DNA from: Eledone cirrhosa | Lineage: Eukaryota | Reading direction: 5' to 3' | Assembly (NCBI GenBank): GCA_964016885.1 | Contig: OZ024742.1 | Coordinates: forward strand, 333,560,001-333,624,000 | Length of the DNA: 64,000 nucleotides | In this document: positions 60,984-64,000 of the stretch, one piece after another | Layout of the letters: each line of letters opens with the position of its first letter | Position numbering within the stretch: position 1 is the first letter of the stretch | Program-made: the position numbers and the translations under genes | Notes under the pieces: generated by a model | The model's input: only the letters and a program-made list of their open reading frames with translations | Told to the model about the DNA's origin: nothing | Database searches by the model: none

Positions 60984-60987
<4 letters not shown>
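60402..60987 (+). mobile_element. Second, diverged copy of the retrozyme-like family (one ~447-bp unit with terminal redundancy plus 5' inverted segment)
   Basis: TTTCGTTTCATTCTTTTC occurs at 60521 and 60968. 60402-60515 is inverted relative to ~60797-60925. Homologous to 57626-58314. Confidence 0.85.
60664..60706 (+). ncRNA. Minimal type I hammerhead, homologue of 58003-58045
   Basis: ACGATG-CTGACGA-TAGCT-AATG-AGCTT-GAAA-CTTG-TA-CATCGT. Stem I has a compensatory change relative to 58003. Confidence 0.85.
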
Positions 60988-61073
<86 letters not shown>

Positions 61074-61432
61074 TATACATGAATTTTGGTCTCACAGTTT
61101 AATGTTTTTACAGAGGCATTTAGTATAGCATCAACTAATACAACATTCGTTGTATATAAACAACTACAGTTATTTTTAATCGACTAAATACATGAAGGTG
61201 CCCCGTGTGCGTTTCGTATGTTCAGTTTCGACAAAAACGGCACCGAGTCTAATAGCTTATATTTCCTAGGGATACAAGCCTCCCCCCACATAGGCACATC
61301 TCTATATCCCCCTTCCCCATATATATATATATATGCTGAATTGGGATCGAATACAGAAAAGTGGCAGTGATGAAGAGATACCGCAGGTGTAGTAAGATAT
61401 TTATTGGAAAAAAAAAAAAACTACTAGAGAAC

Positions 61433-61613
61433 AATAATTGTTTCTACTTTTGGCACAAGGCCAACAATTACCCAGTACATTACTGGTACTTTATTTTATC
61501 GACTCCGTAACGATCAAAGGCAAAGTTAACCTCGGCGGGATTTGAACTCAGATCGTAAATGGACGTAACTATGCTGGAAAGCATGCCCGACCTTCTACCG
61601 ATACTGCCAATCC
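61433..61613 (-). mobile_element. Full-length tRNA-derived SINE (Meta-domain-like)
   Basis: Reverse complement of the family at 12515-12702. Confidence 0.88.
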
Positions 61614-63234
61614 AATGATATATACAGAGTTTGGACAAGAGATATAGATAATATCTATAACTTAGTATACAGAAAGAGTGGGAACAAAGCAGAGCTTTAA
61701 ACTATATGAGTGAAAAAGCTGTATACAAATGAGTATATCTTCAAATGGAAAGATCTATATAGGGTTCCAGGAATTGCTAATTGAGTCCAACTGAGTGGCT
61801 CTATAATTTTCAAAGTAAAATTGAATTACTTTGTGATTTAATTAATCTTATGTTTTGTTGAGGAGCTTTCGTTGATATGATAGCATTGTTCATACTCTGA
61901 CATTTAGTCGGGTTATACCTTAGCACGGGGTCTCCCTATCGCTTAGCGTGCGATCTACATGACTATTTACACTCAGCGTACGGTTTTTAAAGCAATGCAA
62001 ACTTATTGTTCGTTCTACCATGCCATATGCAATTACACTGTTGTCTACCTTAACATATACGCTTCCTTTAGGTTTTAGTGTGGTCAACCTGGTCATGTTC
62101 CCTTTAGCGTGTGGTTTGTTTGTCAATTATATTTTCATCATAGGTTTTACCTGGTCATCTATAATTGCCATACGGTATAACTTGGTATTCGTAATTGTGT
62201 GCCGTTGTCCTGCTCATTTACAGCTGGGTGTGCAGTCAATCACAACTACAAAAACATTACACTGCAAGATGATAGAAATCAGGTTTACTAATGATAAATA
62301 ATGACATTTATTAATTACACACACTTAACTGTACATCAATTTAAAATCAATATTATAATCATAAAACACTATCAACACTACACTGCGTCGACTACAGATA
62401 CAGCGATAGACAACGTTGCTACTTTAATTTGATGTTTCCATATTATTTACCTTTATATGCATTAAGATCTCACTTACCTCTACATAGTTAATATGAAAGT
62501 AACCGATCCATAAAGCAATTCGCTGGGAGATTGTCTAATTTATCTTCTCATTTAGATTGCAATGCTGGACAATATTAGTCTGATAGGGCTGGATATGTTT
62601 ACAGTAAACGATTGCAACGTATCAATTACTTGCATCGAAGCAAGGTGGGTACACATACCAATGAAAAAGCATCTACAAGGTTTATTCAATTGCTAGAAAT
62701 AGAATCACAAATGTGAGGAAAACATTAGCCGTACCTGGCCTAAATGAACAATATGCGGTATGTGATTAGATTCAGAGATAAAATAACCATGTTGGATTTG
62801 GGGAGTAATAAGTTCGTTGTAAAAATATACAAATTTGGTTTATATTTTTGCATGTGATTATAAACCTGAAAATGGCTCTATCAACTATAGATGTTCTAAA
62901 TCGAGTGAAGTTGAGTGAGCATGGATATTCAACAAGAATATCATGAATTTTAGATACACACGCACATGAAACCATGCACACACTATCCAAACAATAAATA
63001 ACACCTGTATCTAGAATACAACAGCCCACCAGCGAAAATAGATGTTTCATAAGTGGAAATTGCTTAAAAATAGAAGTAATTTATATGTTTTATTCCGGCA
63101 TATCGGATTGAAAATTCAATAAGCTCCTCGTTCCAGTAACAGATCAAAGTTCCTACCATTTACACAAAATGATTCCGAATAAAGCGCATATGAAATCATA
63201 TAGAATAGGTTTGCACACAATAAGCATATGATCA

Positions 63235-63286
<52 letters not shown>

Positions 63287-64000
63287 TTTTTTTATTTTTT
63301 TATTTATTTATTTATATATATATATATATACATGCTGAGAGAAAGAGTGACAGAGAGACATTACATTATGATGGTATAGTGGGAATTATTGCTATAACAA
63401 CTTCAGATCATCTAGAAAATGTATAAAGTTAAACCTCTTCCACTGCATCTACAAAACAATGCCAGCAATCATATAATGGAATGATATTTCCCGAAAGGAA
63501 ACATGTAATTCATTTTATTTCAAATGATCGCATAAGTTGTCTTGAATTTCTTTTAACTAATTAGCTTCTCACATTTCTCATCAAATATAGTAATAATATT
63601 TCATGTATAAGATCAAACGGTTTAAATGGATACATGATGTCTAACGTTTTTATATTATTCATTACTTATATTGGCAAAATTCCTGATGTTTATAGCTATG
63701 GGATATGTGATACTATGAAGTTTATACCATTCTATATAGCAACTATGTTGTTGTTGTTTTTTTTTTTTTGTATTAGATAAAGCAATTTCACTAGGAAAAG
63801 AACTGCATGTAAGAAATGAAATTCTGTGATATCGTCAGTATTAAAAACTTACATCATTTACGTTCTTTGTCATCCTTTTTCAGATTTATGATATATACCA
63901 GCCTTATTCCGAAATCGTATGTTAATATATATCTCATTACATTCTCTATCACACTCACCTTATCGTTTTCTCTTAAAAAGATCAGCCCTTGTAATACCTG

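Overview
AT-rich, microsatellite-dense eukaryotic DNA with no confidently identifiable host gene. The SINE family and (TA)n/(CA)n density suggest an invertebrate, possibly an octopod cephalopod (inference). Most short ORFs in the track are translated microsatellites. The real coding remnants are retrotransposons: four Penelope-like elements (PLEs; RT + C-terminal GIY-YIG) of at least three types, a 5'-truncated CR1/L2/Jockey-group LINE, RTE fragments and a decayed R4/Dong-like LINE. There are also many tRNA-derived SINEs and one MITE. The main unannotated signal is a set of type I hammerhead ribozyme (HHR) motifs, about 16 copies in about 9 unrelated sequence families, found by eye. They lie in PLE 3' ends, small retrozyme-like tandem elements and fold-back palindromes, nearly all embedded in (TA)n tracts. 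Four families carry the compensatory U3-A8 core (UUGANAA instead of CUGANGA). One of these also has GCAA for GAAA, and a separate family has CAGAAGA. All folds were assigned manually; ribozyme activity and novelty are untested.
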